In this document: in pieces, positions 44,737 to 55,040 of the stretch
Position numbering within the stretch: the stretch's first letter is position 1
Layout of the letters: every line of letters starts with the position of its first letter
IMG/VR virus record: IMGVR_UViG_3300034072_000375
Coordinates: 10,819 to 74,818 of that record
DNA from: a virus
Strand: one strand, 5' to 3'
DNA: 64,000 nt
Translations under genes and position numbers: made by a program
The notes under the pieces: generated by a model
The model's input: the letters and a program-made list of their open reading frames with translations, nothing else
Told to the model about the DNA's origin: nothing
The model's database searches: none

Positions 44737-47700
44737 TTTAGTTTAGCTCCTGAAATAACTTGTTGTGTATAATTACTCTTGTTAATTGCTTCTGTTACCG
44801 CAGTACCAGCTTCGGTTGTTGCTGTTGCAAGGATTTGAGTTTGACTTCTAGTATCTTGCTGTCGCTCTGACCTGAGTAGGATAACTTGAGCAGTAAGATT
44901 ACGAACCTCTTCTACTAGCTGAGAGTTAAGTGAAACCAAACCTTGTGAATCAGATTGCATTGCACTTGCTTGGTTTACAGGGATAATCGCAATAGGTTGG
45001 TTACTTTGACTTTTAGTAGTATGTAACGAGCTATAGTAGCTTGACTGTCCACCACCAAGGCCGTTATTAACTGCATCTAGTACACCTTGATTTGGAGTAA
45101 TACCTAAAGACAACCCCGTAAGGATTGCATTTGATAGCTCAATAAAACCTGAAGATATAAGTTCGCCCACTGCGGTTACACTCTCATCAATACTACCAAG
45201 AAGTTCTAATTGAGATACAGCAGCATCTCTTAGAATTTGTTCATTGTTAGCTTGATCTTGTGTTATGCTTGCAATGAAATCCAACCCTGCTTGAGCAGTA
45301 TTGAAATCAGAGGTGTACTGACTACTGCTTGCGTTGTAGGTTCTGGATGCCTGTAGGAAGGCCGTAATGCTACCTTGCAGGGCATTTTGAGCACCTACAT
45401 CCCCTACCATAGCCAAGGCTAGATTACTCTCGTATTGACGCTTTGCTTCTGCGTACTGTTCGCTTGGGGTCAACGGAGAGAGTTCACCTAGAGTTAACGA
45501 ATCCTTGAATTTCTTTAAGGAGTCGGAGTACGTGCGAAGCCTGTTAATACTACTATCAAGAGCAGTTACCTGACCCTTATAAGCGGAAACTAACTTATCT
45601 TGCGCAGTCCTCGTGTCTTCAATAGCCCATAGTTGACGTTGTAGAACCCTCTCTTGTTCAGTCAAGCCCTGTAGTATATTATTTCTAAGAACTTCAATAT
45701 TACCTGAATTCTGAGATTCAAAAACTGCTTGCTCAAGACTGAGAATGTTCCGGGCAATATCCTCTACTGATCGGGTTTCATTACGTAACGCATTAAGAGC
45801 ATCCGCAACAGTTGTAATAGAGCCAGTTACTTCCGTTGTTACACTAGCGAAAGTCCCAGCAATGGCAAGCAATGCAGCGTAGACTTCTCTACCAGACTCT
45901 GTAGTCAAGTCCTGTGCCTCTACTAAATCTCTAAACTGTTGACGAGCATCAGTGGCATCAATATCAATCATACTAAGACCAAGTTCCTTGAAGGATTTGG
46001 CTAGTTGTTTTTGAACATTTGCTCTTTGTTCTTCAGCAGAGTAGAAGTTCTGATAGTAAGTTGTTGCATTAGCACGTAGAGCCTCAATGCCTCCAGAAAG
46101 AGTCATCAGTGCAGCAAGTGTTTCATCGCTTGCTCCAGATAACTCCACCAAGGTGGTTGTCAGCGTGTTGAAGACGCCTTTAATAACACCAATCTGTTGA
46201 ATAGCTGTAGACAAGGATTCTATAGAGGCTGATTCACCGAGGTCTGTTAGAATCTGATCTGCCCAGCTTGGTAAATCCATGTTGAGGAGCACTTGACGAG
46301 TATCTTTAGCAATTGCAGCTAGGTACTGTTTGTAACCTTCTTCACCATCACCGAATTCTTTAGGTGCCCATTTACTTTGACGGAAGTCATCCCAATTCAG
46401 AATCTCTACGCCTTGTAGTCGAACCCCAAAGGCACCCCATGCACCATCTTTTGACGTATCGTCGGCAAACGCTACAGCTACTTCATAACCTGCAGTCTTA
46501 CCGAAGGTTTTAGCGATACCATCAAAGATTTCAACCAAAGACTTAGACAAGGTTTCCATCGCAGAGATGGTTTCCTTGCCTGTCTCTACTTGACCAAAAC
46601 CAATATCAAACGCAGCGCCTGAATTACCCGAAGTTAGACCGCCACTTCTGCTGTAACGAGAAGCACCGCCAGTGTGTAAAGTGCCGGAGTCATCTAACAT
46701 TGTAGCAATAGCGCCCAATCCAGCGGCAATCCATCCCCACACTGGAACAGCAGCAATAGCATTTCCGATTCCTGATAGTAAACCTGCTGAGGTGGTTGCA
46801 CCTCCTGCAGCAGCAGCAGCACTTGCCGCCGCCGTAGAAGAACCTAAGCCTAAGCCAAGGGATACCCCCGTTCCAATGTTGCCTAATCCGGTAGTAAATG
46901 CCGTCATACCAAGTAAAGAACTTCCTGCACTTGTCAGTACCGAACCTCCAAGACTACCTAGAAGACTACCTCCTGCACTTCCTGCTGCACTAGCTGTTGC
47001 ACCTCCTAAAAGATTTCCTACTAAGCTTCCTAGTACAGTATTAACAACAGCGTTAACCACCATCGTTACAGGCTTGCGTAGCTCAGCCATGACTAAATCT
47101 CTGAACTTCTTAGAACCAGCCTTACCACCTTCAAACAAAGCTGTGACAATAGAATCAGAGATACCGTTCTTGATTGCATCAAACTCTTTTTGGAGGTCTT
47201 CTGCGTATTGAACAGCTACTTCACGGTTGATTGCTTTTTCTTGTTCTGCTGCATCCTTACGGGCTTGAACTTGAGCATCAATCAAAGACTGATAGTCGCT
47301 CTCTGGTAAACCATCTTTTTTAGCTTTTGCAATCTTCTCTTCAATTTCACGCAATTGCTTCGCAAGTTTAATATCAACTTCACGAAGTTTGTTAGCACGG
47401 TTATACTCAATCGAAAGAGCCCTCTGTTCTTCAGCAGTCTTGCCCAACAGAGAGAGTCTATAATCCAAGGATTCGTTCTCTTTGAGCGTGGCCGCTTGCG
47501 AAGCTAGGCTGTCCTCGTTGAACTTACGTGCAGCGGAATTAACATCCTCAAGAGCCTTCTCGTAATCTTTCCAAGCTGGAGTAGCCATGAAGATAGCACG
47601 AGTTAGTTCTTCGATTTCCTCTCTAGACTTACCTAGCAAGGCTGCGTCTTTCTCCATGTTAGCCATGTCAGTGTAATACTGCCGACCAATACCGGAGGAT

Positions 47701-50333
47701 TTACCTAGTAGTCTAAGCAGGCGCTCTTCAGCATCAGCAAGTTTTTCTGTGAGGGCTGTTTGCTTTTCAGCAGCAATGGCCGCTTCATATTTAGAGATTA
47801 CGTCTTGTTTTTGAGTAGCCGTCAGTTTTTCAAATCTAGGGTCAGAACGAACTTCCAGAAGTTTTTGTTCAGACTTTGTAAGCTCTTGAGCAGCGGTATT
47901 AGCAGCGATTGTATTATTCGTTGCTTCACGCATTAAGGTTGCAAAGTAGTTAGCTTCTTTACTACCAAGCTTCTCTTGCGCCTTATCCCACTCTTCCCCA
48001 TAGACTTTGAAGAATTGCTTAATTCTATCCGTATTCAGGGTTGTAGACTCATATTTACCGGCATTCTCCAGAACACCAAGCTCTTGTATCTTGGCGTTGA
48101 TGAAGTCTTGACGCCTCATCTTACTAGCGTCAGCTTTATTCAACTGCTTGTCAAACTCAGACAATGCACCTGAGAACTGCTGGTAGGCTGCTGCTTCATC
48201 TTTCACAGCCTGTCTATTAGCAGCCGACTGCGCTTGCGTTAAAGTCTTTGCTTCCAACAGTGCAATTTCTTGCTTCAGTGCTACGTTTTCTGGGACATTC
48301 TCACTAACACCTGCAGCCAGAGACTTTGCTAGTCTTTCTTTCTTATTGATTAGTTCTAGAGCATCCGAAGTTCCTGGGGCGATGTTAGTAACATCCCACA
48401 TCCAACGACCGAGTATTTTCCAACCAGCAACCAGCTTTTCCAGTGGATGAAGTTGATCCCTCAAAGACTGAGACTGCTTGTCCATGACACCAGCACTAAT
48501 CTTCATTGCAAGATTAACAGCGTCTTGTGACCTGCCCTGCTTTTGCAGTTGCTCTACGGACTTGATTTGTTCAACAGTGAGTTCACCTGTCTTTTTAGAC
48601 AGTTCAAGCAAAGCCTTAACGGGGTCTTTACCTAACTCTGAAAACTGCTTTACGGTGTCCTTGATAGCAACACCAGCATAGTCCTGCATGGCGATGGCTG
48701 CTCTAGAAACTAGTCCGATTTGATCAGCGGTAAAGCCCCCAACCTTGGACATTTCTGTCATGACTTCAATGATACCGAGCGTAGATACATTGGCACTGCT
48801 CAGTGTATCCGCATAGGCCAAAGCTTGTGCTCCGGTCATATTGAACGCATTGCCGCCGAGAACCATAGCTTTATTTAAGTCCGACACAGCAATCATGCTA
48901 TCGTAGGCACCCTTTGCCATCATGGCTAGACCAGCTATAACTACGCCTACGCCTACAGCAAAGACACCCGTCATGATGCTGCTGATAGTTTGAATCATTC
49001 CTCCGAACTTGGAAGGACCATTTTCGGACAGTTTCATGTACAACTTGTCCATAGCACCAGTCATTCCGAAGATACCTGCAATGAAGCCCTGAGTGGCATT
49101 ACCTGCGGCTATCAGCCCATCCACAATCAGTCCGCCAACACCCTTTACAACAGTACGGATGGAAGGGAGCATACTAGAAAAAGCTTCTTTAACGGTTTTA
49201 CCAAAATCAGCGGCTGCTACACCTGATAATTGGAACATATCGTTGACCTGGGCACCTTGTTGTAACAGAACTGTAAGAGGGGACTGTCCAGACCAAAGAG
49301 ATACAGCCACGTCACTGATCTGAGGAGTTAAAGCTCGGGTTAGATGCTGTGCCCTACGCTTCTCTTCAACAGCCGCAACCTGTGCAAGCTGTGCCTTGTA
49401 AGTAGCAAGTTTTTGAGTGGCTACATCCTGTGATACGCCTGACTTACGCAACGCGGATTCATACTTTACAAGCGAATCCGTACCTGCTTTATCCAGGGCA
49501 GCGTTGGAAGTGTTCAATGCAGCAGCCATCTTTTGATCTGCTTGTGTCAGATAGTTTGTGGCGTTTACAGCTTCTTTACGACTCTTAATCACCGCATCTT
49601 CTGCGGAAGTCATCTTGTTGTAAGAAGTAGCAAGATTTACATATTCAGCATTGTGAGCACGAACAGCCTGGCGAATTTCAGAGAAAGACGCCCCCTCCAC
49701 TTTCATCTTTTCAATTAGGCGCTCTTTGTCACGAGCCAGTTCACGAGTCTGCTTTGCCGTAAGATTGGAGTCCGTAGCATACTGACGGACAGATTCTTTC
49801 AGTTCAGTGTATTGGTTTTGCAGAGACTTCAGACCAGACAAGGATTTGTCAAATGGATCGCCTCCCATCAACTTGCGTTGAGTCTCAAGTACTTTACCGA
49901 GTTCGCCAATATCCTCGGCAGCAAGCCCAGCAGCCTTAGCGTAAGCTAAGATACTTGATTGACCTTTTGAAAACCCCTGAGTCTGGAACTCAAGAATGTC
50001 TTTCTGTCGTTGGAGTACACCAACATTCTTGTTAACTACTTCGTTTACTTTTTCGGTAGCTTTGGTTTTCTTTTCAATTGCCGCAGTAGCTTGCTGATCT
50101 GCCTTGTCTGCCGTGATAGTACTCTTCAGGCGAACGTCTTGAGCTTTAGCATTGTCGAGATTGGCCTTGGCGTTATCCTTTGCTGCACGAGCAAGGGTAG
50201 CTTCAGTCTGAGCAGCATCTCTTGCTGCTTTATCAAGTTTACCTACGTTGGTTACTAGTTCACCGATAGCCTTACCTGCGCGGTCAAGTTCAGAGGTATC
50301 GACTTTGAAGGAAATGGTCGAGAGGTCGAGCAT
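44733..50333 (-). CDS. tape measure protein
   Basis: ~1870 aa Ala-rich helical; PQISDVAVSL.SGQSPLTVLLQQG lambda-H-like motif; start likely MLDLST. Confidence 0.95.
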   Translation of the reverse strand: MLDLSTISFKVDTSELDRAGKAIGELVTNVGKLDKAARDAAQTEATLARAAKDNAKANLDNAKAQDVRLKSTITADKADQQATAAIEKKTKATEKVNEVVNKNVGVLQRQKDILEFQTQGFSKGQSSILAYAKAAGLAAEDIGELGKVLETQRKLMGGDPFDKSLSGLKSLQNQYTELKESVRQYATDSNLTAKQTRELARDKERLIEKMKVEGASFSEIRQAVRAHNAEYVNLATSYNKMTSAEDAVIKSRKEAVNATNYLTQADQKMAAALNTSNAALDKAGTDSLVKYESALRKSGVSQDVATQKLATYKAQLAQVAAVEEKRRAQHLTRALTPQISDVAVSLWSGQSPLTVLLQQGAQVNDMFQLSGVAAADFGKTVKEAFSSMLPSIRTVVKGVGGLIVDGLIAAGNATQGFIAGIFGMTGAMDKLYMKLSENGPSKFGGMIQTISSIMTGVFAVGVGVVIAGLAMMAKGAYDSMIAVSDLNKAMVLGGNAFNMTGAQALAYADTLSSANVSTLGIIEVMTEMSKVGGFTADQIGLVSRAAIAMQDYAGVAIKDTVKQFSELGKDPVKALLELSKKTGELTVEQIKSVEQLQKQGRSQDAVNLAMKISAGVMDKQSQSLRDQLHPLEKLVAGWKILGRWMWDVTNIAPGTSDALELINKKERLAKSLAAGVSENVPENVALKQEIALLEAKTLTQAQSAANRQAVKDEAAAYQQFSGALSEFDKQLNKADASKMRRQDFINAKIQELGVLENAGKYESTTLNTDRIKQFFKVYGEEWDKAQEKLGSKEANYFATLMREATNNTIAANTAAQELTKSEQKLLEVRSDPRFEKLTATQKQDVISKYEAAIAAEKQTALTEKLADAEERLLRLLGKSSGIGRQYYTDMANMEKDAALLGKSREEIEELTRAIFMATPAWKDYEKALEDVNSAARKFNEDSLASQAATLKENESLDYRLSLLGKTAEEQRALSIEYNRANKLREVDIKLAKQLREIEEKIAKAKKDGLPESDYQSLIDAQVQARKDAAEQEKAINREVAVQYAEDLQKEFDAIKNGISDSIVTALFEGGKAGSKKFRDLVMAELRKPVTMVVNAVVNTVLGSLVGNLLGGATASAAGSAGGSLLGSLGGSVLTSAGSSLLGMTAFTTGLGNIGTGVSLGLGLGSSTAAASAAAAAGGATTSAGLLSGIGNAIAAVPVWGWIAAGLGAIATMLDDSGTLHTGGASRYSRSGGLTSGNSGAAFDIGFGQVETGKETISAMETLSKSLVEIFDGIAKTFGKTAGYEVAVAFADDTSKDGAWGAFGVRLQGVEILNWDDFRQSKWAPKEFGDGEEGYKQYLAAIAKDTRQVLLNMDLPSWADQILTDLGESASIESLSTAIQQIGVIKGVFNTLTTTLVELSGASDETLAALMTLSGGIEALRANATTYYQNFYSAEEQRANVQKQLAKSFKELGLSMIDIDATDARQQFRDLVEAQDLTTESGREVYAALLAIAGTFASVTTEVTGSITTVADALNALRNETRSVEDIARNILSLEQAVFESQNSGNIEVLRNNILQGLTEQERVLQRQLWAIEDTRTAQDKLVSAYKGQVTALDSSINRLRTYSDSLKKFKDSLTLGELSPLTPSEQYAEAKRQYESNLALAMVGDVGAQNALQGSITAFLQASRTYNASSSQYTSDFNTAQAGLDFIASITQDQANNEQILRDAAVSQLELLGSIDESVTAVGELISSGFIELSNAILTGLSLGITPNQGVLDAVNNGLGGGQSSYYSSLHTTKSQSNQPIAIIPVNQASAMQSDSQGLVSLNSQLVEEVRNLTAQVILLRSERQQDTRSQTQILATATTEAGTAVTEAINKSNYTQQVISGAKLN

Positions 50334-50362
50334 AAGTTTCTTTCTTTTTGTTGTTTTTGTTA

Positions 50363-50391
50363 TTGACAACACAAAAGTTGTCTGCTACAGT
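50363..50391 (+). promoter_or_regulatory. promoter of an antisense-oriented moron
   Basis: TTGACA-17-TACAGT. Confidence 0.65.
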
Positions 50392-50423
50392 CAAGTCTTC
50401 TTTACTTAACCAAGGAGTTCAAA

Positions 50424-50724
50424 ATGAAATTTATTAAGGCTGCTGTTCTGATTGTATTTCTCTGTCCCTGTAATCAGTGCAGCTATTGGAACAGAAGAAC
50501 TTTGCAATCTGTCTGCAGAACGCTCTGTAGAACTAAAGCATTTTTTCAATAGTCATCCAGAGGCATTTTCTAGATTCCTTGAAAAGAACCAACAATCTAA
50601 GTATGATGCAAAGTTCAAAGCTCGTCTTCGTGAACGTGCTTATTGGGTGTATAATCGTCGCACTCTGTCTGACGAAGATATTCAACGCCTTTCATTTATT
50701 CAATGCTTAATTGAAATGAAGTAA
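50424..50724 (+). pseudogene. frameshifted exported protein (moron) between TAC and TMP
   Basis: AAGGAG-ATG at 50424 (MKFIKAAVLIVF) is out of frame with the 50452..50724 body; shift lies in TTTCTCTGT. Confidence 0.6.
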
Positions 50725-50764
50725 TTCTTCATTTAGAGTCTCTTGGAAACTTTAGATGAAGAAC

Positions 50765-50790
50765 GCCCCTTGCGGGGCTATTCTATTTCT
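50765..50790. terminator. GC hairpin, probable terminator
   Basis: GCCCC-TTGC-GGGGC followed by a T-rich tail. Confidence 0.55.
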
Positions 50791-51179
50791 TACCTGTACT
50801 TTTCTGCTTAGCTTTGGCTTGTTCCTTTGCCTGCTGTTTTTGGTAATGCTGCATGGCTATCTTATCGAATGCCTCGATTACTTCTATTTCTACAGGGTCT
50901 GGTACAATACCCATGAGTTCAAAAAACGCAAGCATCTCAGAGTAAGGTATAGCAGAAATACCCATTCCAGAAGGTCTGCGATTGGACAGGCGGATAAACC
51001 ATATCCAGTACTCTCTCATGCAATCTGGTAACTCAACCAAGTCTTCTAATTCTTTAGGGACTCTTTTAAGTTGCCTTTGAGCACTCAGGAGGTTGTCTCG
51101 CTTGGTATTTCCATGAGCATCAACCTCTGACATTTCAAACTCTTGCTCAGCGTAAAGTAAAGCTTGTTCTAGGTCTTCA
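50783..51179 (-). CDS. tail assembly chaperone, frameshifted extension (gpT-like)
   Basis: Frame is open from the slippery run (DEDLEQALLYAEQEFEMSEV...); W.WF..LS..R..G..IPYSE motif. Confidence 0.8.
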
Positions 51180-51584
51180 TCGAAAAAACCCAGTCAGGTC
51201 GTCGGAGTTTTCGAGGACTTGTTCTCGAATCCAAGGGTTATCCTTCAAGACGCGAGTGGCGTTTTCAACTGTGAATGGGACAGGCTGACCATCTTCTTCG
51301 ATACCACGCCATGAGATAATACGTACCACTGCACGTTCAACTGCAAGCATTTCCAACTCTTCGATGCTCATGTCAGCGTCCTTATTCTTGCCCCTTGCAA
51401 TCTTCTCTCGCTTTTGCATGTCGTTCACGACCTTACGGGCGTGATTTTGAACAGTACGGGAATCCTTACCGCGTACACGAACCCATGCATCAAGACCTTC
51501 ACCAGTGGCCGGGTGGACAAGTTCAATATCAATGCCGGATTCGCTAACTTCGCTCACATTCAAAACAGACAAATTCAATGCCAT
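51177..51584 (-). CDS. tail assembly chaperone (gpG-like)
   Basis: ELVHPATGE..RGKDS..W.GI...P.IREQV...F; ends GGG TTT TTT CGA TGA. Confidence 0.85.
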   Translation of the reverse strand: MALNLSVLNVSEVSESGIDIELVHPATGEGLDAWVRVRGKDSRTVQNHARKVVNDMQKREKIARGKNKDADMSIEELEMLAVERAVVRIISWRGIEEDGQPVPFTVENATRVLKDNPWIREQVLENSDDLTGFFR

Positions 51585-51675
51585 AGTAATTTCCTTTCTG
51601 TTGGTTAAAATAAAAAGCCCTCTCTCTTTATGTCATAGGGCTTTGTGATGAGGTTTATTACCACATCATTTGTCT

Positions 51676-51704
51676 ATTATACCACACAGAAAGGAATATT
51701 GCAA
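51676..51704 (-). promoter_or_regulatory. sigma70 promoter
   Basis: TTGCAA-17-TATAAT with TGTG. Confidence 0.7.
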
Positions 51705-51705
51705 G

Positions 51706-52782
51706 CTAATTAACCAACCTCCAGCCTTTACAACTCTTGTTTGGATTCTTTGGTTGAACTAGCGTATCAAAGGTGTGCCCGAACTTTTCTTTAAACTCCA
51801 TACGAGTACCTTTGAAAACTTCCCCGCTTTTGTGCTGGAGACTGTAAACGTTTCTATCCCTATTAGATGTTCGCGTAGCCTCCGCCTCTTTTTCTGCCAA
51901 GCACCAATCTTTAACCGAAAAAGCGGTTTTACAATTAACAAAAAGAGTCCAAACATCTATATTATAAACCTGTTTAAATTCTGATCTTGTTCCTTCAAAT
52001 ATCTCTCCGGTTTTAAGGTTTTTGAACTCATAAGTATTTTTATCCGCACGAGCACACCTCTCCCCTTTTAATGGATTTAGTAAATGCTCTATGGAAAACT
52101 TATCTAATGTCTCTGACATAGCCCAACCCTTGAGGGTTCTTCTATTGCCACTAATTAAATCTGAAATATTAACTCCTACGAGATTCTTGTCAAATTCTAC
52201 CAACTCGTGGCGAGTAAAATTGAAAGTCTTGCCGGTTAAAAGCTGTACAAAAGTATACACTTTATTGTCAACCCTTTTTCCATACTTTCCAGCATATCCG
52301 AAGGTAGATGCTAAGACTTCATCTTTTGTGAGAAAACCCTCTACCGCCCAATTTTTGCTTGTTTTCGAAAATCCAGCCATTATTCCGTTCAACTGTACTT
52401 CAGGGAATTTCTTATTAAATTGTGCCCTGGTTCCTATAAATTGTTCTCCGGTTTTTAAGTTGTGAAATGTATAAATTTCTCGGTCTAGTCTAGGGCTTGC
52501 CTCCCCAGAAACACCATCACCACCGGCTTTTAGGTTTACTAAAGGACCGTCACCTGTGTTGCGCCTTCCGTAATAGTCAATTAGAAGTGTTTCAAGTTCA
52601 AGTGCGTACCATTCTTGCAAATTGTCTGCAACTATCTCTACGGTACATCCGTGTTTTTCATAAACAGCTTCCCAGAATGGGTTTCGGTTATTGAACACCC
52701 ACGCACGATCACGACAACCCTTACCGACATAGAAAACTTCTCCAGTTGTCTTCTTCTTGTGCAAATATACATAAAAATCCAC
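51706..52782 (-). CDS. GIY-YIG homing endonuclease with repeated C-terminal DNA-binding modules
   Basis: FYVYLH..GEVFYVGKG..R, E..LI, LVN; four repeats of Y.F..L.TG..F.GTR..F. Confidence 0.88.
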   Translation of the reverse strand: MDFYVYLHKKKTTGEVFYVGKGCRDRAWVFNNRNPFWEAVYEKHGCTVEIVADNLQEWYALELETLLIDYYGRRNTGDGPLVNLKAGGDGVSGEASPRLDREIYTFHNLKTGEQFIGTRAQFNKKFPEVQLNGIMAGFSKTSKNWAVEGFLTKDEVLASTFGYAGKYGKRVDNKVYTFVQLLTGKTFNFTRHELVEFDKNLVGVNISDLISGNRRTLKGWAMSETLDKFSIEHLLNPLKGERCARADKNTYEFKNLKTGEIFEGTRSEFKQVYNIDVWTLFVNCKTAFSVKDWCLAEKEAEATRTSNRDRNVYSLQHKSGEVFKGTRMEFKEKFGHTFDTLVQPKNPNKSCKGWRLVN

Positions 52783-52804
52783 ACCAAAACTCCTTTCAGA
52801 AATG

Positions 52805-52867
52805 AAAAATCCTCCTAAAGCCCGAAAGCAATAGGAGGATTATAGCACACTAAATTTTAGGTGTCAA
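52805..52867 (-). promoter_or_regulatory. overlapping terminator (tail tube gene) and promoter (GIY-YIG gene)
   Basis: TTGACA-17-TATAAT (52867-52839) abutting hairpin ATCCTCCTA...TAGGAGGAT-TTTT. Confidence 0.7.
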
Positions 52868-52868
52868 C

Positions 52869-54083
52869 TTACAGGGAGGTATCTTGAATCAATAGAGTAG
52901 ACTCAACAAGTCCCGTGGTGGTATTGCTATTCAATAGAGCAGTAAAGGAGTGGTCGCGGGTGATGCCCATTTCGCCATCGGACGGATTATTAGACGACAG
53001 TTTCACGACTGGCATAGAGAAAGAAACAACTTCTGCATCTTTTTCTTCTCCTGTTGCAAGAGCAACAACAACACTGATTCGTGCTTCATCGTCAAAGTAA
53101 TCTCGGAAAGTTCCATCTTGAAAATAAGTGCTCATATTTCCAGACACCCGAATTCTTCCGGTGAATATATCAGCATTGAAATTGGAGCCAACTACCTGAG
53201 CAGCCTCAAGACCACGTTCTACCGTAAAGTCCATGCTGGTAATTAGAGCCACTGGTGCACCGTTAATCACCAACGCGCCCGCCACCGAAGCAAAGATACC
53301 GTCAGTACCTGCTGGAGTTACAGATGTGAAATAAGCAGTAGTAGCTGCACGCTCAAGGTTCTTACCGAGGAAGCTGAAGTCACAGGTAACAAGTCCTGTA
53401 GATGGCAACTGAACCGCCATCGAACCAACCTTCAAGCCCGTGTAGGTCTCCGAGACTCCGATATCTTCATAGAATTCTTCAACGCTGTATGAATCATCAG
53501 TATGTCCGGTCAGAGGAGCATAGGTCTGCTTACCAACAACAGTGGCTGTAACAGAAGCAATCGGGCCTTCAGCAACCAAGGGAGTACCAGAAAGATTAAC
53601 AACCGTAAGTACCGTTGCCGTCATAGAAGCAATCAGCACATTGTTATTAACGTTAGCGGGTGCAAGACCAGCACCAGTCAGTCGTACAACATTACCAACA
53701 TAAAAGTCATCTGCAAGCCAATCGCCCGTTGCGCGAGTAATCGTGTAGAACACACCAGAAGCGGCAATGGTTACAGACAAACCAGTGGCGGAAGAACCTG
53801 CTGTAAAGTCACGGGCAAGAACAGATGCCATAAAATCAGCATAGGAGCCAGGAGAGAGTTCGCCGTTCAAAGAACCATCTACACTACGAATACCATGCCG
53901 CATATCAGCTACTTGATAGTCGGTGCGAATTTCGTTAGACTCATACGCCTCTTTTGTCAAGTTAAAAGTTGCAGTAACCCGACGAAGATACTTAGCACCA
54001 GTGGCACCAGGGAGAACGCCCCATTGACCGGGAGCTTCTTTCTTATAGGCTACTTTTTTGGCCACGCCTTTAGCAATTGTCAT
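52869..54083 (-). CDS. major tail tube protein
   Basis: LRR....NL.K..YES.EIR.D.Q....RHG...V.G...GELS; synteny. Confidence 0.85.
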   Translation of the reverse strand: MTIAKGVAKKVAYKKEAPGQWGVLPGATGAKYLRRVTATFNLTKEAYESNEIRTDYQVADMRHGIRSVDGSLNGELSPGSYADFMASVLARDFTAGSSATGLSVTIAASGVFYTITRATGDWLADDFYVGNVVRLTGAGLAPANVNNNVLIASMTATVLTVVNLSGTPLVAEGPIASVTATVVGKQTYAPLTGHTDDSYSVEEFYEDIGVSETYTGLKVGSMAVQLPSTGLVTCDFSFLGKNLERAATTAYFTSVTPAGTDGIFASVAGALVINGAPVALITSMDFTVERGLEAAQVVGSNFNADIFTGRIRVSGNMSTYFQDGTFRDYFDDEARISVVVALATGEEKDAEVVSFSMPVVKLSSNNPSDGEMGITRDHSFTALLNSNTTTGLVESTLLIQDTSL

Positions 54084-54141
54084 TTTATTTCCTTATTTAT
54101 TATTTTGCAAAATAATCACGCCGATGGCGTATTTACTGTTT

Positions 54142-54549
54142 TCAGTTATCATAGATTTCCACAGTAAGTGGAATCAGTACTGGAACAATAACTCTGTCGC
54201 CAGCAACGGTTGCACCGGCTATTTGAGGAGTCCGTAGAATAATCATACGAACCCCATCCTCTACTAATGTAAGACCTTTATGAAACAAATCCCGAAGAGC
54301 CTGTGCTCTAGTAATTGCTCCAGTAGTTCCTACATCTAATTTATCAGCTACAAAAATCTGAACTTGAATATTCTCTCTATGATAGTAAGTACCAAAAGTC
54401 GGATCAGTAGGAGGATTTACAACAAACTGCAATCTCTGGTACATTCCTGTAGGTGCTGTAAAAGGGATTGCTTCGTAAGCTGTTGGTAGCTGCGGAGACA
54501 AAGTAAGAAGGTGACGCCTTACCGCTTTTTCAGCTTTAATAATTGACAT
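54142..54549 (-). CDS. tail terminator protein
   Basis: Synteny; TAYE..PF..P, QIFV, A..L..LF. Confidence 0.75.
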   Translation of the reverse strand: MSIIKAEKAVRRHLLTLSPQLPTAYEAIPFTAPTGMYQRLQFVVNPPTDPTFGTYYHRENIQVQIFVADKLDVGTTGAITRAQALRDLFHKGLTLVEDGVRMIILRTPQIAGATVAGDRVIVPVLIPLTVEIYDN

Positions 54550-54551
54550 TC

Positions 54552-55040
54552 TTATCCTTCTTTATATAATCTAGGTAAATCAACCTTGTATGTCTGCATA
54601 ATACTATCCAAAGTGGGTTGCATAATACCTAAGTTGTTTGTTTGTGAACTATAATTATTTTCAAGCAACTTAATGTAGAAACCCCTATTACCTACAAATA
54701 CTGTATCTCCGAGCTTGTAACTGCCTAAATCAGCTTTTACTAAAGAGAGTGCTTCGCTACCGGAGTTAACCCCATAGATAGCCTGCATACTAAATTGACC
54801 GCTCGTATTAACCTGCCAAGAACCTCTTGCAAAACCTTCCTTTGGTTCTAACCCTGTTCTGCCTTGTCGTAACTCATACAGCTTGAAATACTCCTCTGAA
54901 TTACCTAGAGGAGTGTTTTCAATTGCAGTCTTGGATATGATGTAAGCAAAGCCTCGCACCATGTTTTCCATTCTACGGATAGTATCTTGATGGTATGCTT
55001 TAAGCTCTTCTATTACTTTAGATACGTCCGCAGAAATCAT
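54552..55040 (-). CDS. neck/tail completion protein (HK97 gp10-like)
   Basis: TP.G..G.ARGSWQV...N...YI..LE..YS.Q. Confidence 0.75.
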   Translation of the reverse strand: MISADVSKVIEELKAYHQDTIRRMENMVRGFAYIISKTAIENTPLGNSEEYFKLYELRQGRTGLEPKEGFARGSWQVNTSGQFSMQAIYGVNSGSEALSLVKADLGSYKLGDTVFVGNRGFYIKLLENNYSSQTNNLGIMQPTLDSIMQTYKVDLPRLYKEG

